Below are positions 48,226 to 58,120 of a stretch of 58,134 nt of DNA, one piece after another. This stretch comes from Elusimicrobiota bacterium. GTDB lineage: Bacteria; Elusimicrobiota; Elusimicrobia; UBA1565. The notes beneath the pieces were generated by a model that worked only from the letters and a program-made list of their open reading frames with translations, ran no database searches and was not told the origin of the DNA. The position numbers and the translations under genes are program-made. The number at the start of each line of letters is the position of its first letter. Position 1 is the stretch's first letter. The stretch spans positions 1-58,134 of the forward strand of contig JBDREN010000205.1 in the NCBI GenBank assembly GCA_043819795.1, in the 5' to 3' direction.

Positions 48226-48578
48226 TCGCCGACGACGACCCTGACCTGATCGAGATCCTGAAGATGGACCTTTCGTTCCAGGGCTACGAGGTCTTCGAGG
48301 CCGCCAACGGCAAAGAAGCTCTCGATATCGCGGCGAAGGAGAAGATCGATCTCATCCTCCTGGACGTAATGATGCCCTACATCGACGGCTACCACGTCGC
48401 CTCCACGCTCTCCTCGCAGATGGGGACGAGCGTCCCGAAGATCGTGATCATGACGAGCCGGGACACGGTCCGGGAGAAGGGCATCGCCATGATGAGCGGC
48501 GCCGTTTCGATGATTCAGAAACCGTTCGACATGGAGGCTCTCCACAAGAAAATCAAGGAAATCCTTGAACATCCGTGA
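48201..48578 (+). CDS. Single-domain response regulator
   Basis: Start ATG 48201 (AGGAG RBS); ILVADDD, ILLDVMMP, KPF. Confidence 0.9.
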   Translation: MEDRKRILVADDDPDLIEILKMDLSFQGYEVFEAANGKEALDIAAKEKIDLILLDVMMPYIDGYHVASTLSSQMGTSVPKIVIMTSRDTVREKGIAMMSGAVSMIQKPFDMEALHKKIKEILEHP

Positions 48579-48603
48579 AGAACTTAGATAGACTCTAGCC
48601 CCT

Positions 48604-49686
48604 ATGAACACTATGAATACAACCACCCACACACGAACACTGGCGACGATCTTGTTTGCCTGGACCCTCCTGTTGCCGGCGCTGGTTGCTGCTGCGGCGG
48701 GTCCCGAAGCCGAGTCCGCCCCCAAGGCGGCCGCCCCGCCCGGGGAGACCGCCGCCCCCGAAGAGGAAGACCCCTTCCAGGCGGCCGTCGGCCAGCTCAA
48801 GGACAAAGACCCGATGCTCCGCCGCCGGGCGGCCGACCAGCTCGGCCGGATGCGCAACCCGAAAGGAGTGGAGGCCCTTCTCGATACCGCCAAGGACCCG
48901 GACCCGTTCGTCAGGGCGGCCGTCGTCGACGCCCTCGGCCTGTTGCGCGCCCGAGAAAGCGTCGAGACGATCTCCCGCCTGTTGAAGACGGACGAAAACC
49001 CCCAGGTGCGCCAGCAGGCCGCGATCGCCCTTTCCTATATCGGCGCCCAGTCGAGCCAGGAGGCCCTGATCGAGGCGCTGGGCGACAAGACCGACGGCGT
49101 ACGCTTCGCCGCGGCCCGGACGCTGGGGGCCCTGCGCTCCACGCAGGCGGCCGCCCCCCTCGGTGAGCTCCTCGAAGACTCCTCCATCGGGATGCGCCGC
49201 GCCGCCGCCAGCGCGCTCGGCCAAATCCGCGCGGAGGAGTCGCTCCCGGCGCTCAAGAAGTCCCTCAAAGACGAGGACGTCTATGTCCGCCGCGAGGCCG
49301 TCAAGGCGCTGGGGCGCATCGGAGGCGAAGGCATCGAAAAAAGCCTGAAGGAGATGTACGAAGACCCCGACCCGCTGGTCCGCATCCACTCGGCCCTCGC
49401 CCTTAGCCGCTTCGGCGACGCTTCGGGCGAAGGCGTGGTCGTCAAGCTCCTCACGCACGAGGACGTCCGGGCCCGCCAGCAAGCGGCGAGCGTGCTCGGG
49501 ACGATCGGCACCGGAAAGGCCACTCTGCCGGCCCTCCAGAAGGCGTTCGAGGCCGAGGAGCATCCGTCGGTCAAAAAAGCGATCGAGTTCGCGATGGCTC
49601 AGCTGAAGGCGCGCCTCGGAATAAAGGAGGAGGCCCCCCCTCAGGAGAAGCCCTCGGAGCAGAAGCCCCAGAAGAAAGCCAAATGA
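48604..49686 (+). CDS. Secreted HEAT-repeat protein
   Basis: Signal peptide and about eight DxDxxVRxxAAxALG repeats. Confidence 0.85.
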   Translation: MNTMNTTTHTRTLATILFAWTLLLPALVAAAAGPEAESAPKAAAPPGETAAPEEEDPFQAAVGQLKDKDPMLRRRAADQLGRMRNPKGVEALLDTAKDPDPFVRAAVVDALGLLRARESVETISRLLKTDENPQVRQQAAIALSYIGAQSSQEALIEALGDKTDGVRFAAARTLGALRSTQAAAPLGELLEDSSIGMRRAAASALGQIRAEESLPALKKSLKDEDVYVRREAVKALGRIGGEGIEKSLKEMYEDPDPLVRIHSALALSRFGDASGEGVVVKLLTHEDVRARQQAASVLGTIGTGKATLPALQKAFEAEEHPSVKKAIEFAMAQLKARLGIKEEAPPQEKPSEQKPQKKAK

Positions 49687-50492
49687 CGCGGCGGCCCCTG
49701 ATTCCGCTGCTGTTGGCGGCGGCGCTCGTCTGCGCCGCCGCGCCGGCCCGGTCGGAGACGCTCCTGGCCCAGTACGCCAAGGACAAGGCTCCCGGCGTGG
49801 AGGGCGCCCCCTCCGGAGACGCCCTGCAGGGCCTGCTCCCGCCCGACGCCGAGCTCATCGACGTCCCCACCGCGGCCGTGCTCGATCTGGGCGGCTTCTA
49901 CAGCAAGACCCGCTTCTTCGCCCAGGGCGGACTCCTCGAATGGCTGAACTTCGGGATCTACCCGCGGGTGAACCTCGGCGCCTCGTTCAATATCGACAAG
50001 ATGGTCGGCACGGGCTCCCCGGTGCAGATCACGCGGCCGGAGCTTCAACTCAAGCTGCGATTCTACGACGGTGACCGGGTGATCCCGGCCTTCGCGCTCG
50101 GCTTCGACGGCCAGGGCTATTTCTACAACCGGACGGTCAAGCGCTACAATCACAAGCAGCGCGGACTCTACGTGGTGGGCTCGCAGGAGGTCGGCGTCCC
50201 CGGCCTCGAGTTCCACGCGGGCATGAACATCTCGGACTTCGACTCGAACTCGCTCTTCGGGATCATCGCCGCCAGCCTAAACGTGCAGGACAAGCTGAAG
50301 CTCATGGTGGAGTGGGACAACATCAACGACTTCTTTGACAGCCGGTTCAACACCGGGCTCCGGATCCACATGACGCCCCACTTCAACCTGGGATTCTCCG
50401 TGCGCGCGATCGGCCAGGGAGGGGATTTCTCCAACGGCGTCCCGCGCTCGACCGAGCGCGTCGTCCAGTTTAAGTACACCGGCAACTTCTAA
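49683..50492 (+). CDS. Outer membrane beta-barrel (YjbH-like)
   Basis: Signal peptide, LIDVPTA, amphipathic beta strands, C-terminal Phe. Confidence 0.6.
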   Translation: MTRRPLIPLLLAAALVCAAAPARSETLLAQYAKDKAPGVEGAPSGDALQGLLPPDAELIDVPTAAVLDLGGFYSKTRFFAQGGLLEWLNFGIYPRVNLGASFNIDKMVGTGSPVQITRPELQLKLRFYDGDRVIPAFALGFDGQGYFYNRTVKRYNHKQRGLYVVGSQEVGVPGLEFHAGMNISDFDSNSLFGIIAASLNVQDKLKLMVEWDNINDFFDSRFNTGLRIHMTPHFNLGFSVRAIGQGGDFSNGVPRSTERVVQFKYTGNF

Positions 50493-50514
50493 CTCAGGAG
50501 GGCAGCGAACACTT

Positions 50515-51576
50515 ATGGCAAAGCGCATCGGCATCCTTACGGGGGGAGGCGACTGCCCCGGGCTCAACCCCGCCATCCGCGGCGTGGTCCTTCGCGCCGC
50601 CCAGGCCGGCATCGAGTGCGTGGGCCTGCGCGGCGGCTGGAAGGGGATGATCGATGGCGACTCCTTCCCCCTCGCGCCTCGCGACGTGGCCGAGATCATG
50701 GCCAAGGGCGGCACGATCCTCGGCACTACCCGCACGAACCCCTACAAAAAGGAGGGGGGGGTCGACCGGGTGCTCGAGAACCTCCGCAAGCTCGACCTGC
50801 GGGCGCTCGTCGCCATGGGCGGGGAGGACACGCTCGGGGTCGCGGCGAAGCTCCACGAGCAGCACTCCGTGCCCGTCGTCGGCGTCCCCAAGACGATGGA
50901 CAACGACCTCTCGGCGACCGACTATACGTTCGGCTTCGACACCGCGGCGACGATCGCCGTCGACGCGGCCGAGCGCCTGCGCGACACGGGCCGCAGCCAC
51001 GGCCGCGTCATGCTGCTGGAGGTCATGGGGCGGCACGCCGGCTGGGTGGCCCTCTTCACGGGGATAGCGGCCGGCGCCGACTACGTCTGCCTGCCGGAGC
51101 GGCCGGTCGACATCAAGGATATGGCGGCCAAAGTCAAGACGGCCCATGCGGCGCGCGGCACGGCCCTGGTGGTGGCATCCGAGGCCATCGACCTGCCGGG
51201 CTCCGAATCGAAAGAGAAGACCCTCGACGACTTCGGGCACGAGCTCTTGAAGGAGCGCAGCGTGGCCGCCCGCCTGAAGGAGGTGCTCGCCAACGAGACC
51301 GGCCTCGAAGTCCGCTCGGCCGTGATCGGACACATCCAGCGCGGCGGCCCGCCGACGCTCTTCGACCGGATCCTCGGCACCCGCGTCGGCGTCAAGGCGG
51401 CCGAGCTGGTGATCGAGGGCAGGTTCGGCCACATGGTGGCGCTCAGAGGCGACACGATCGTCCCGGTATCCCTTAAAGAGGCGACGGCCGAGCTCAAGAC
51501 GGTCCCACGCCAGTGGCTGGAGCTGCTGGACGCATTGACGGCGCTCCCCCGGGGCGAGCCGCAGGCGGCCCGCTAA
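50515..51576 (+). CDS. pfkA: 6-phosphofructokinase (mixed-substrate group III-like)
   Basis: GGGDCPGLN, GGEDT, PKTMDND, EVMGR, GHIQRGG; AGGAGG RBS. Confidence 0.93.
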   Translation: MAKRIGILTGGGDCPGLNPAIRGVVLRAAQAGIECVGLRGGWKGMIDGDSFPLAPRDVAEIMAKGGTILGTTRTNPYKKEGGVDRVLENLRKLDLRALVAMGGEDTLGVAAKLHEQHSVPVVGVPKTMDNDLSATDYTFGFDTAATIAVDAAERLRDTGRSHGRVMLLEVMGRHAGWVALFTGIAAGADYVCLPERPVDIKDMAAKVKTAHAARGTALVVASEAIDLPGSESKEKTLDDFGHELLKERSVAARLKEVLANETGLEVRSAVIGHIQRGGPPTLFDRILGTRVGVKAAELVIEGRFGHMVALRGDTIVPVSLKEATAELKTVPRQWLELLDALTALPRGEPQAAR

Positions 51577-51592
51577 GGGCATCGGCATCCCC

Positions 51593-52171
51593 ATGGGAGA
51601 ACAGACCCAGCGGTTTCAGCGCCGGACGGTCTTGGTCAAGCGCGGCCTGCAGGTGAAGTACGCGGTCGTCGTTTTCGCCGCGGTGCTGTTCACCGCCGTG
51701 ATCGTCGGCGGGGACATCTACTACCACATGGTCCGGTTCATCCAGGAAACGGACCCGGGGATGATGCCGCTGCTCTTCAAGGTCATCAAGATGGGAGTGG
51801 TGAAGCTCATCATCTTCCTGGGCATCATGGGCGTCGTGACGCTCTTCGTGTCCCACCGCTGGGCGGGGCCCATCTACCGCTTCGAACGTTCGGCCCGGGC
51901 CATCGCGACCGGCGACCTGACGCACCGGGTCTCGCTGCGGACCGGCGACGAGCTGATGGAGCTACAGGACGAGATCAACGCGATGGTCGCGAGCCTGCAG
52001 CGGATGGTCCAGAAAGACCGCACGCTGATCGAGCACCTGACGGCGCGCCTCGACAAGACCGCCGGCAAGCTGGACGAGCCGGCCGGCCAGGAGGACCTCG
52101 ACCGCCTTCGCGAGGAGCTTAAGTCGCTGAAGGCGGAACTCCAGCACGTCACGCGCGGCTTCAAGGTTTAA
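51593..52171 (+). CDS. Two-TM HAMP-domain / coiled-coil membrane protein
   Basis: SHRWAGPIYRF...GDL...LRTGDELMEL; no output domain. Confidence 0.75.
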   Translation: MGEQTQRFQRRTVLVKRGLQVKYAVVVFAAVLFTAVIVGGDIYYHMVRFIQETDPGMMPLLFKVIKMGVVKLIIFLGIMGVVTLFVSHRWAGPIYRFERSARAIATGDLTHRVSLRTGDELMELQDEINAMVASLQRMVQKDRTLIEHLTARLDKTAGKLDEPAGQEDLDRLREELKSLKAELQHVTRGFKV

Positions 52172-52184
52172 GGAGAAGGGACGG

Positions 52185-53474
52185 ATGCATCGCTGTTGGC
52201 TGCGCATCATGTTGGCGTCGTCCATGGCCCCGCAGGCGTTCGGCTTCCCCGTTTCGGCCGAGACGCCCGTGGAGACGTACACCCTGACGGAAGCCCTCCA
52301 CAAGGCGACGCTCAACAACGCCGTCCTGCAGAGCGCGGAGCAGGACATCACGATCGCCAAGCAGCGCGTCAAGGAGGCCCGCTACCTCTTCTACCCCGAG
52401 ATCGGCCTGGCGGGCTCGGCGACTCGCTACGACGCGCGCTATCCCTTCGCGCTGCGCCCCGGCTTCGGGTCGCTGCTTCTCTTTCCGTCCGCCAAGGATA
52501 ACCTCATCTCCGGGCAGGGCTATATGACGCTCTCGCTCTACGAGGGCCGCCGCCACATCAACACGCTCCGCCTGGCCCAGACGGCGCTAAAGCAGGCCCG
52601 CAGCAAGTACGAGACCGGCAAGCTCGAGATCGTCTACGAAACGAAGAAGGCCTTCTACCACCTCATCCTGGCGCAGGAAAGCCTTTCCGCGACCCAAGAG
52701 CTCCTCGCCGAGGTCCGCCGGACATCGGAGCGGGCGAAGATGAGCGCCTGGGAGAGGGTGGAGGCCGAGGCCCTGTCCTCCGAGCTCCGCGCCGCCGCGG
52801 CCGAGGCCGGCCACCGGCTCGAGCTGGCGCGGCTTGAGTTCCTGAAAGGGCTGAACAGGGAGCTCGACACCCCGGTCCGCGTGGAGGGCAGCCTGGAGAG
52901 CCAGCCCGCCGATGTGGACCTTCAGAAGGCGCTCGTCTGGGCCACGGAGTTGCGGCCGGAGCTCCAGGCGCAGACATACCGGGCCCAAATGGACGCGATC
53001 TCCGTCAACCTGGCCCTCGGCCGCCGGACGCCGAAGGTGCTGCTCGGGCTCGACTACGAGGTGACCGGCCAGGAGTTCCCGCTCACCCAGAACAACTGGG
53101 ACGCCACGATCGGCGTACGCCTGCCCTTCTCCTTCGATTTCTGGACCCAGCACAGGCAGAGGATCGCCGAGCAGCGTCAGGGCGAGATTCAACGCGCCGA
53201 GCTGCGCGACCAGGTGCATCTCGAGGTGCGTAAGGCCCACCAGGACCTGCTTTACTGGCGGGACGAATGGCCCCGGCGGGAGGCTGAGCACCTCAGGCTC
53301 AAAGAGCTGCGCGATAAGGCCCTCTCCGAGAGCGGCCCGTCCGTCGCGGCCCTGCGCGCCTCGGCGCGCCTGCTCGAGACCCACATGCGCGCCCTCGAGG
53401 CGCTCACCGAGCACATCCTCGCCCGAGCGCGCCTGGAGCGCGCCGTCGGCCGTCCCCTTCCGAATCCGTCATGA
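52185..53474 (+). CDS. TolC-family outer membrane efflux protein
   Basis: TLTEAL..A..NN, YP.I.L, RPEL, P.V.L, ARLERAVG pattern. Confidence 0.8.
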   Translation: MHRCWLRIMLASSMAPQAFGFPVSAETPVETYTLTEALHKATLNNAVLQSAEQDITIAKQRVKEARYLFYPEIGLAGSATRYDARYPFALRPGFGSLLLFPSAKDNLISGQGYMTLSLYEGRRHINTLRLAQTALKQARSKYETGKLEIVYETKKAFYHLILAQESLSATQELLAEVRRTSERAKMSAWERVEAEALSSELRAAAAEAGHRLELARLEFLKGLNRELDTPVRVEGSLESQPADVDLQKALVWATELRPELQAQTYRAQMDAISVNLALGRRTPKVLLGLDYEVTGQEFPLTQNNWDATIGVRLPFSFDFWTQHRQRIAEQRQGEIQRAELRDQVHLEVRKAHQDLLYWRDEWPRREAEHLRLKELRDKALSESGPSVAALRASARLLETHMRALEALTEHILARARLERAVGRPLPNPS

Positions 53475-54436
53475 GATGGGCGGCGGCCGCCCTCGCCCTC
53501 TTTCTGGCCGTTGTAGCCGAGGCTGAAGCCGCGCCCTATATCGATTCGGACTCGCTCCTGCGCGAGCACCTCTGGCAGCAAGTCCGCGACCTGCCCGCCG
53601 GGGAGCGTCCGAAGGTCGGTCTCGTCCTGTCGGCGGGAGCGGTCCGCGGGCTAGCCCATATCGGCGTCATCCACGTGCTCGAGGACGCCGGGTTCCCGAT
53701 CGACGTCGTCGTCGGGACCTCCATGGGCGCCGTGGTGGGAGCGCTCTACGCCGGCGGGGCCGGCGCCGGCCGGCTCTGGGAGATCGGGACCAGCATCCGC
53801 CTCAATACGGGCAGCGACCTCGGCAAGTTTCGGCTGTTCCAGCTGCTGATCAACGACAGCCTGCTCTCGACCAAGAATATGGAGGCGTTCCTCCAGGCGA
53901 GCATAGGAGACAAGCGCTTCGACCAGATCCCCAAGCCGTTCGCCTGCGTGGCGATGGACCTTCGCACCGGCGAAAAGGTCGTCTTCCGCGACGGCCCGCT
54001 CGCTCCCGCCGTCCGCGCGTCGGCGAGCGTGCCCGGAGTATTCGAGCCTGTCCAGTACCGGCACCGCTATCTCGTCGACGGGGGCGTCATCGACTACATC
54101 CCGGTCGACGCCGCCAAGCTGCTCGGAGCCGAGTGGATCCTGGCCAGCGTCACCGAGGGCGACTTCTCGAAGTCCCTCCCCACGAACGTGCTGCTCTCGC
54201 TCATGCAGGTGATCGACATCCGCGGCGCGATGCTCTCCCGCCAGCAGCGCCGCGAGGCCGACGTCCTCATCGAGCCCGACGTCGGGGATATCCGCTCCTA
54301 CGACGTCGACAGGATCCGAGAGGCCATCGAAAAGGGCATGGAGGCCGCGAAAAGGGGGATTCCCGAGGCGAAGGAGAGCCTCATCATCTTCTCGCTGCCG
54401 CGCCTATGGAAACGATGGACGAGGCTGGAGCGATGA
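53471..54436 (+). CDS. Exported patatin-like phospholipase
   Basis: Signal peptide; LSAGAVRGLAHIG, GTSMG, DGG. Confidence 0.88.
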   Translation: MRWAAAALALFLAVVAEAEAAPYIDSDSLLREHLWQQVRDLPAGERPKVGLVLSAGAVRGLAHIGVIHVLEDAGFPIDVVVGTSMGAVVGALYAGGAGAGRLWEIGTSIRLNTGSDLGKFRLFQLLINDSLLSTKNMEAFLQASIGDKRFDQIPKPFACVAMDLRTGEKVVFRDGPLAPAVRASASVPGVFEPVQYRHRYLVDGGVIDYIPVDAAKLLGAEWILASVTEGDFSKSLPTNVLLSLMQVIDIRGAMLSRQQRREADVLIEPDVGDIRSYDVDRIREAIEKGMEAAKRGIPEAKESLIIFSLPRLWKRWTRLER

Positions 54437-55398
54437 GGTCGTGGCGGGCAGCCGCGACGCTGTGCGCGATCGCGGTCCTCTCGGCCTGCGCCAGCCTTCG
54501 CAAGGGGCCGCTCGCGGCCGATCGTCTCGAGCTCCAGCGCGAGCTCTTGACGGCCGGGGAATACGAAACGGTGATCGCCCAGCTCAGCGCCGCTTCCATA
54601 CGCGAGCTGCCGCGGCGCCGGCGCGCGGAGGCCTACGATCTTCTCGGAGAGAGCTACGTCCGGCTCGGAGACCTGAGCCACGCCCTCCAGACGTACCAGC
54701 TGGCCGAAGGCCTGTTCCCGAAGGACATAAACATACTATCGGGCCTCGCCAACCTCCTGCATCGCTCCGACCTGGACGACCGCGCCCGGCCGCTCTATGA
54801 GCGGGTCCTCGAGATCCACCCGAACAACGCGAACGCCAACCTCGGGCTCGCCGAGATCCGCCGGCGGCAGGGCTTCCTTGCCAGGTCCCAGGAGCACTAC
54901 GAAAAGGCGCTCGGGGAGAAGGGCTGGGACCGCAACCCGGGTATTTGGCGCGATTACGCGGAAGTCCTGGCCGACAGGCAAAGCTTCAAGCGAGCGACCG
55001 AGGCCGTCCACAAGTCGCTCGAGCTGCGCTACGATGTGGACTCCCTACTATCCTTGGCCCGCTTCCAGCGCCGGCAGGGCCTCCGGGCCGAGGCCTACGC
55101 AAAGCTCTCGGAGGCGATCCGGGAGGCCCCGGAGCACCACGACCTGCGTCTGCAGAACGCGCTCTGGCTGCTCGAGGACGCGCGATGGGAGGACGCCGGA
55201 GCGATCGCCGACGCCGTCCTCGATGGGGAGCCCTCCCACGCGCTGGCGCGGTGGGTGCGAGCCTCGATCCGGCTGCGCCTGGGCGACACCAAGGGCGCGC
55301 GCGCGGACCTCGCCGTGGCGGCCGGCGCGGCCCGAAGGCACCCCTTCATAGCCGAGACCTCCCGGGCGATGCTCCGGGAGCTCGCCGGAGCCCGATGA
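54433..55398 (+). CDS. TPR-repeat lipoprotein
   Basis: Start ATG 54433 (ATGA overlap); lipobox LSAC; multiple TPR-like repeats. Confidence 0.8.
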   Translation: MRSWRAAATLCAIAVLSACASLRKGPLAADRLELQRELLTAGEYETVIAQLSAASIRELPRRRRAEAYDLLGESYVRLGDLSHALQTYQLAEGLFPKDINILSGLANLLHRSDLDDRARPLYERVLEIHPNNANANLGLAEIRRRQGFLARSQEHYEKALGEKGWDRNPGIWRDYAEVLADRQSFKRATEAVHKSLELRYDVDSLLSLARFQRRQGLRAEAYAKLSEAIREAPEHHDLRLQNALWLLEDARWEDAGAIADAVLDGEPSHALARWVRASIRLRLGDTKGARADLAVAAGAARRHPFIAETSRAMLRELAGAR

Positions 55399-56219
55399 GA
55401 AAGATCCCCTTCACAAAGATGTCGGGCGCCGGCAACGACTTCATTCTCATCGACGCCGCGCGCCTGCCCCGAGCCGCGTCGCGCCCCGCCTTGGCGCGCG
55501 CCCTCTGCGAGCGAAGATCGTCGATCGGAGCGGACGGACTCCTCATCGTCGAACGGCGGCCCCGGACGGGCAAAGGCCTGCCCCGCGTCCGCTACTTCAA
55601 CGCCGACGGCTCGCCCGCCTTCTGCGCGAACGGATCTCGCTGCGCGGCCTGGTGGATGCACAAGTCGCGGTGGGTCGGCCGCGACCTCCGCTTCGACTCG
55701 TCGGAAGGGCCCGTCCAGGCGCTCATCGCCGGAGCCGGGCGGGTCCGCCTGCGCATGCCGCCGGCCCGTGGCCCGCGCCGCGGGCTCCGGCTCAAAGCCG
55801 CCGGAAGGACCTACCGCGTCGAAGCGATCAACACGGGAGTCCCCCACGCCGTCGTCCGCGTAGCGCCTGGCCGGCTCGACGCCTTCCCGGTCCGCGAGGT
55901 CGGCCGCGCCCTGCGGCGTCACCCCGTCTTCCGGCCGGGCGGCACGAACGTCGATTTCGTCAGCGCGCACCGCGGCCGGTGCGCGATCCGGACCTACGAG
56001 CGCGGAGTCGAGGACGAGACGCTCGCCTGCGGCACCGGAGCCGTGGCGGCGGCGATCCTCACGGCGGCGGCCGGCGTCACGAAGCGCGCGGTACGGGTCG
56101 TCACGCGAGGCGGCGCGGTGCTCACGGTGCGCTTCGCGACGCTCCCGGACGGAAGCTTCGAAGACATATGGCTCGAGGGCCCGGCCCGCGCCGTGTACGA
56201 CGGCAGCGTCGATTTATGA
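55395..56219 (+). CDS. dapF: Diaminopimelate epimerase
   Basis: Start ATG 55395; FTKMSGAGNDF, CANGSRC, TGVPH, NVDF, RTYERGVEDETLACGTG. Confidence 0.95.
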   Translation: MRKIPFTKMSGAGNDFILIDAARLPRAASRPALARALCERRSSIGADGLLIVERRPRTGKGLPRVRYFNADGSPAFCANGSRCAAWWMHKSRWVGRDLRFDSSEGPVQALIAGAGRVRLRMPPARGPRRGLRLKAAGRTYRVEAINTGVPHAVVRVAPGRLDAFPVREVGRALRRHPVFRPGGTNVDFVSAHRGRCAIRTYERGVEDETLACGTGAVAAAILTAAAGVTKRAVRVVTRGGAVLTVRFATLPDGSFEDIWLEGPARAVYDGSVDL

Positions 56220-56295
56220 TGCTGAAGGTGAGACGCGCTCCTTCCCGAGCGTCTTCGCGGACAGAGGGCCGTTTCGGGCGACATGAGGTGACGCT

Positions 56296-57183
56296 ATGAG
56301 ATTGTCAGGCTCCTTCACTGCTCTGATCACGCCGTTCGCGAGCGGCAGGCTGGACGAGGCGGCGCTCAGGCGCCTGATCCGCTTCCAACTCCGGTCCCGG
56401 ACGTCGGGCCTGGTGCCCTGCGGCTCGACCGGAGAGGCGGCCACGCTGCGTCCCGAAGAATACAGGCGCGTCATCGAGATCGCGGTCAAGGAGGCGGCGG
56501 GAAGGATCCCGGTCGTCCCGGGCGTGGGCACGAACTCGACCGACAAGACGGTCGCCGCCGCCCGCGAGGTGGCGGCGCTCGGAGCCGACGCCTTGCTCGT
56601 CATCGTCCCCTACTACAACAAGCCGACTCAGGAGGGGCTCTTCCGGCACTTCCGGACGGTGGCGCGATCGGTACGCCTGCCCATCGTCGTCTACAACATC
56701 CCGGGCCGGACCGGAGTGAACCTCGCCCCGGCGACGCTCGCCCGCCTGGCCTCGGTCTGCCCCAATGTCGTGGCGACAAAAGAAGCCTCCGGCTCGCTCG
56801 ACCAAGTCAGCGAGATCCTCTCGCTCTGCCCGGCGGGCTTCACAGTGCTGTCGGGCGACGACTCCCTGACGATCCCGATGATGTCGATCGGGGCAAAAGG
56901 CGTCGTCAGCGTCCTCGCCAATATACTCCCGATACCCACGGCCCGCATGTGCGCGGCGGCGCTCCGCGGCGACTTCACCGCCGCGCGCAAGCTGCACCAC
57001 AAGCTGTTCCCCGTCATCAAAGCGCTCTTCCTCGAGACGAACCCGATCCCGGTCAAGGCGGCGGTGCAGATGGCCGGGCTCGGCGGCGGCGCCCCGAGGG
57101 CGCCGCTCACCCCGATAACCTCCGCCAACCGCCGGCTCCTCGCCGCCGCGATCCGCGAGGCGGGCTACCGGATCAAGATGTGA
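56296..57183 (+). CDS. dapA: 4-hydroxy-tetrahydrodipicolinate synthase
   Basis: TALITPF, CGSTGE, PYYNKP, YNIPGRT, KEASG, SGDD, NPIPVK. Confidence 0.96.
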   Translation: MRLSGSFTALITPFASGRLDEAALRRLIRFQLRSRTSGLVPCGSTGEAATLRPEEYRRVIEIAVKEAAGRIPVVPGVGTNSTDKTVAAAREVAALGADALLVIVPYYNKPTQEGLFRHFRTVARSVRLPIVVYNIPGRTGVNLAPATLARLASVCPNVVATKEASGSLDQVSEILSLCPAGFTVLSGDDSLTIPMMSIGAKGVVSVLANILPIPTARMCAAALRGDFTAARKLHHKLFPVIKALFLETNPIPVKAAVQMAGLGGGAPRAPLTPITSANRRLLAAAIREAGYRIKM

Positions 57184-57680
57184 GCGGGGCTCCGGGCCGC
57201 CCCAAGTTTCTGGCCGACTGCATGCTGGCCAAGGTGGCCCGCTGGCTGGCCTTCCTCGGGTACGACTCCGCCTTCGCGACGAAGAGCGATCACGACGACA
57301 TCGGCCTGCTCGAGCGGGCGCAGCGCGAGGGGCGCGTATTCCTGACGCGCGACACGAAGATCCCCGATGTCAGCGGGCTGCGCAAGATCGTGATCCGCGA
57401 GCAGCGCTTCGAGGACCAGCTCAAGCGCGTGATCGACGACCTGGGCCTGGCGCCGGACCCGGCCCTCTTCTTCACGCGCTGCACGCTCTGCAACCGCCCG
57501 CTGGCGGCGGTCCGCCGCGAGGAGGTCCTCGACAAGATCCCTCCGAAAGTCCGCGGGCTCAAAACCTCGTTCTACCGCTGTCCGTCCTGCCGCCGGCTCT
57601 ACTGGTCCGGCACGCACGTCGCCCGCGCGGCGCAGAAACTGCGCGCGGCGGGCATCCTGCCGGCTTCGGATCCGGGATGA
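57180..57680 (+). CDS. Mut7-C RNase-like (PIN + Zn ribbon) protein
   Basis: GTG 57180 overlaps the dapA stop; FLADCMLAKVARWL, LTRD, RCTLCN, CPSCRRLYWSGTH. Confidence 0.85.
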   Translation: MSGAPGRPKFLADCMLAKVARWLAFLGYDSAFATKSDHDDIGLLERAQREGRVFLTRDTKIPDVSGLRKIVIREQRFEDQLKRVIDDLGLAPDPALFFTRCTLCNRPLAAVRREEVLDKIPPKVRGLKTSFYRCPSCRRLYWSGTHVARAAQKLRAAGILPASDPG

Positions 57681-58120
57681 AGCGCGGCGCCGTCTTCCTC
57701 TTCGCGGGAATCATCTATCTCCTCTGGCCCTATGACCTCGTCCCGGATTTCTTGGTCGTCGTGGGCTGGATTGACGACCTGCTCGTCGCGGCCTTGGCGG
57801 TCTATCTCGCGATTCAAGCCTTCCGAAAGCAGCTGGGACGCGCCCCGCGGGGCCCCGGGCCCCGCAGTCGTGCCCAGGCCGGGGGCGCCGCGCCGGACGA
57901 AGAGCCCGTCCTCGATGCCCGTCCCGCGTCCGAGGACCCCTACGAGCTCCTAGGCCTGCGGCCCGGAGCCGGCCTCGACGAAATCAAGCAAGCCTACCGG
58001 CGCGAGATCGCCAAATACCATCCCGACAAGGTGCAGCACCTGGGCGCCGAGCTGAAGGCCCTCGCCGAGCGGAAGACGAAGGCCATCCAGCAGGCTTACG
58101 AGACCCTGATAGAGGACTAG
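57677..58120 (+). CDS. DUF1232/YkvA-like membrane domain fused to a DnaJ J-domain
   Basis: YLLWPYDLVPDF...GWIDD; DPYELLG...AYR...YHPDK...IQQAYE. Confidence 0.85.
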   Translation: MKRGAVFLFAGIIYLLWPYDLVPDFLVVVGWIDDLLVAALAVYLAIQAFRKQLGRAPRGPGPRSRAQAGGAAPDEEPVLDARPASEDPYELLGLRPGAGLDEIKQAYRREIAKYHPDKVQHLGAELKALAERKTKAIQQAYETLIED

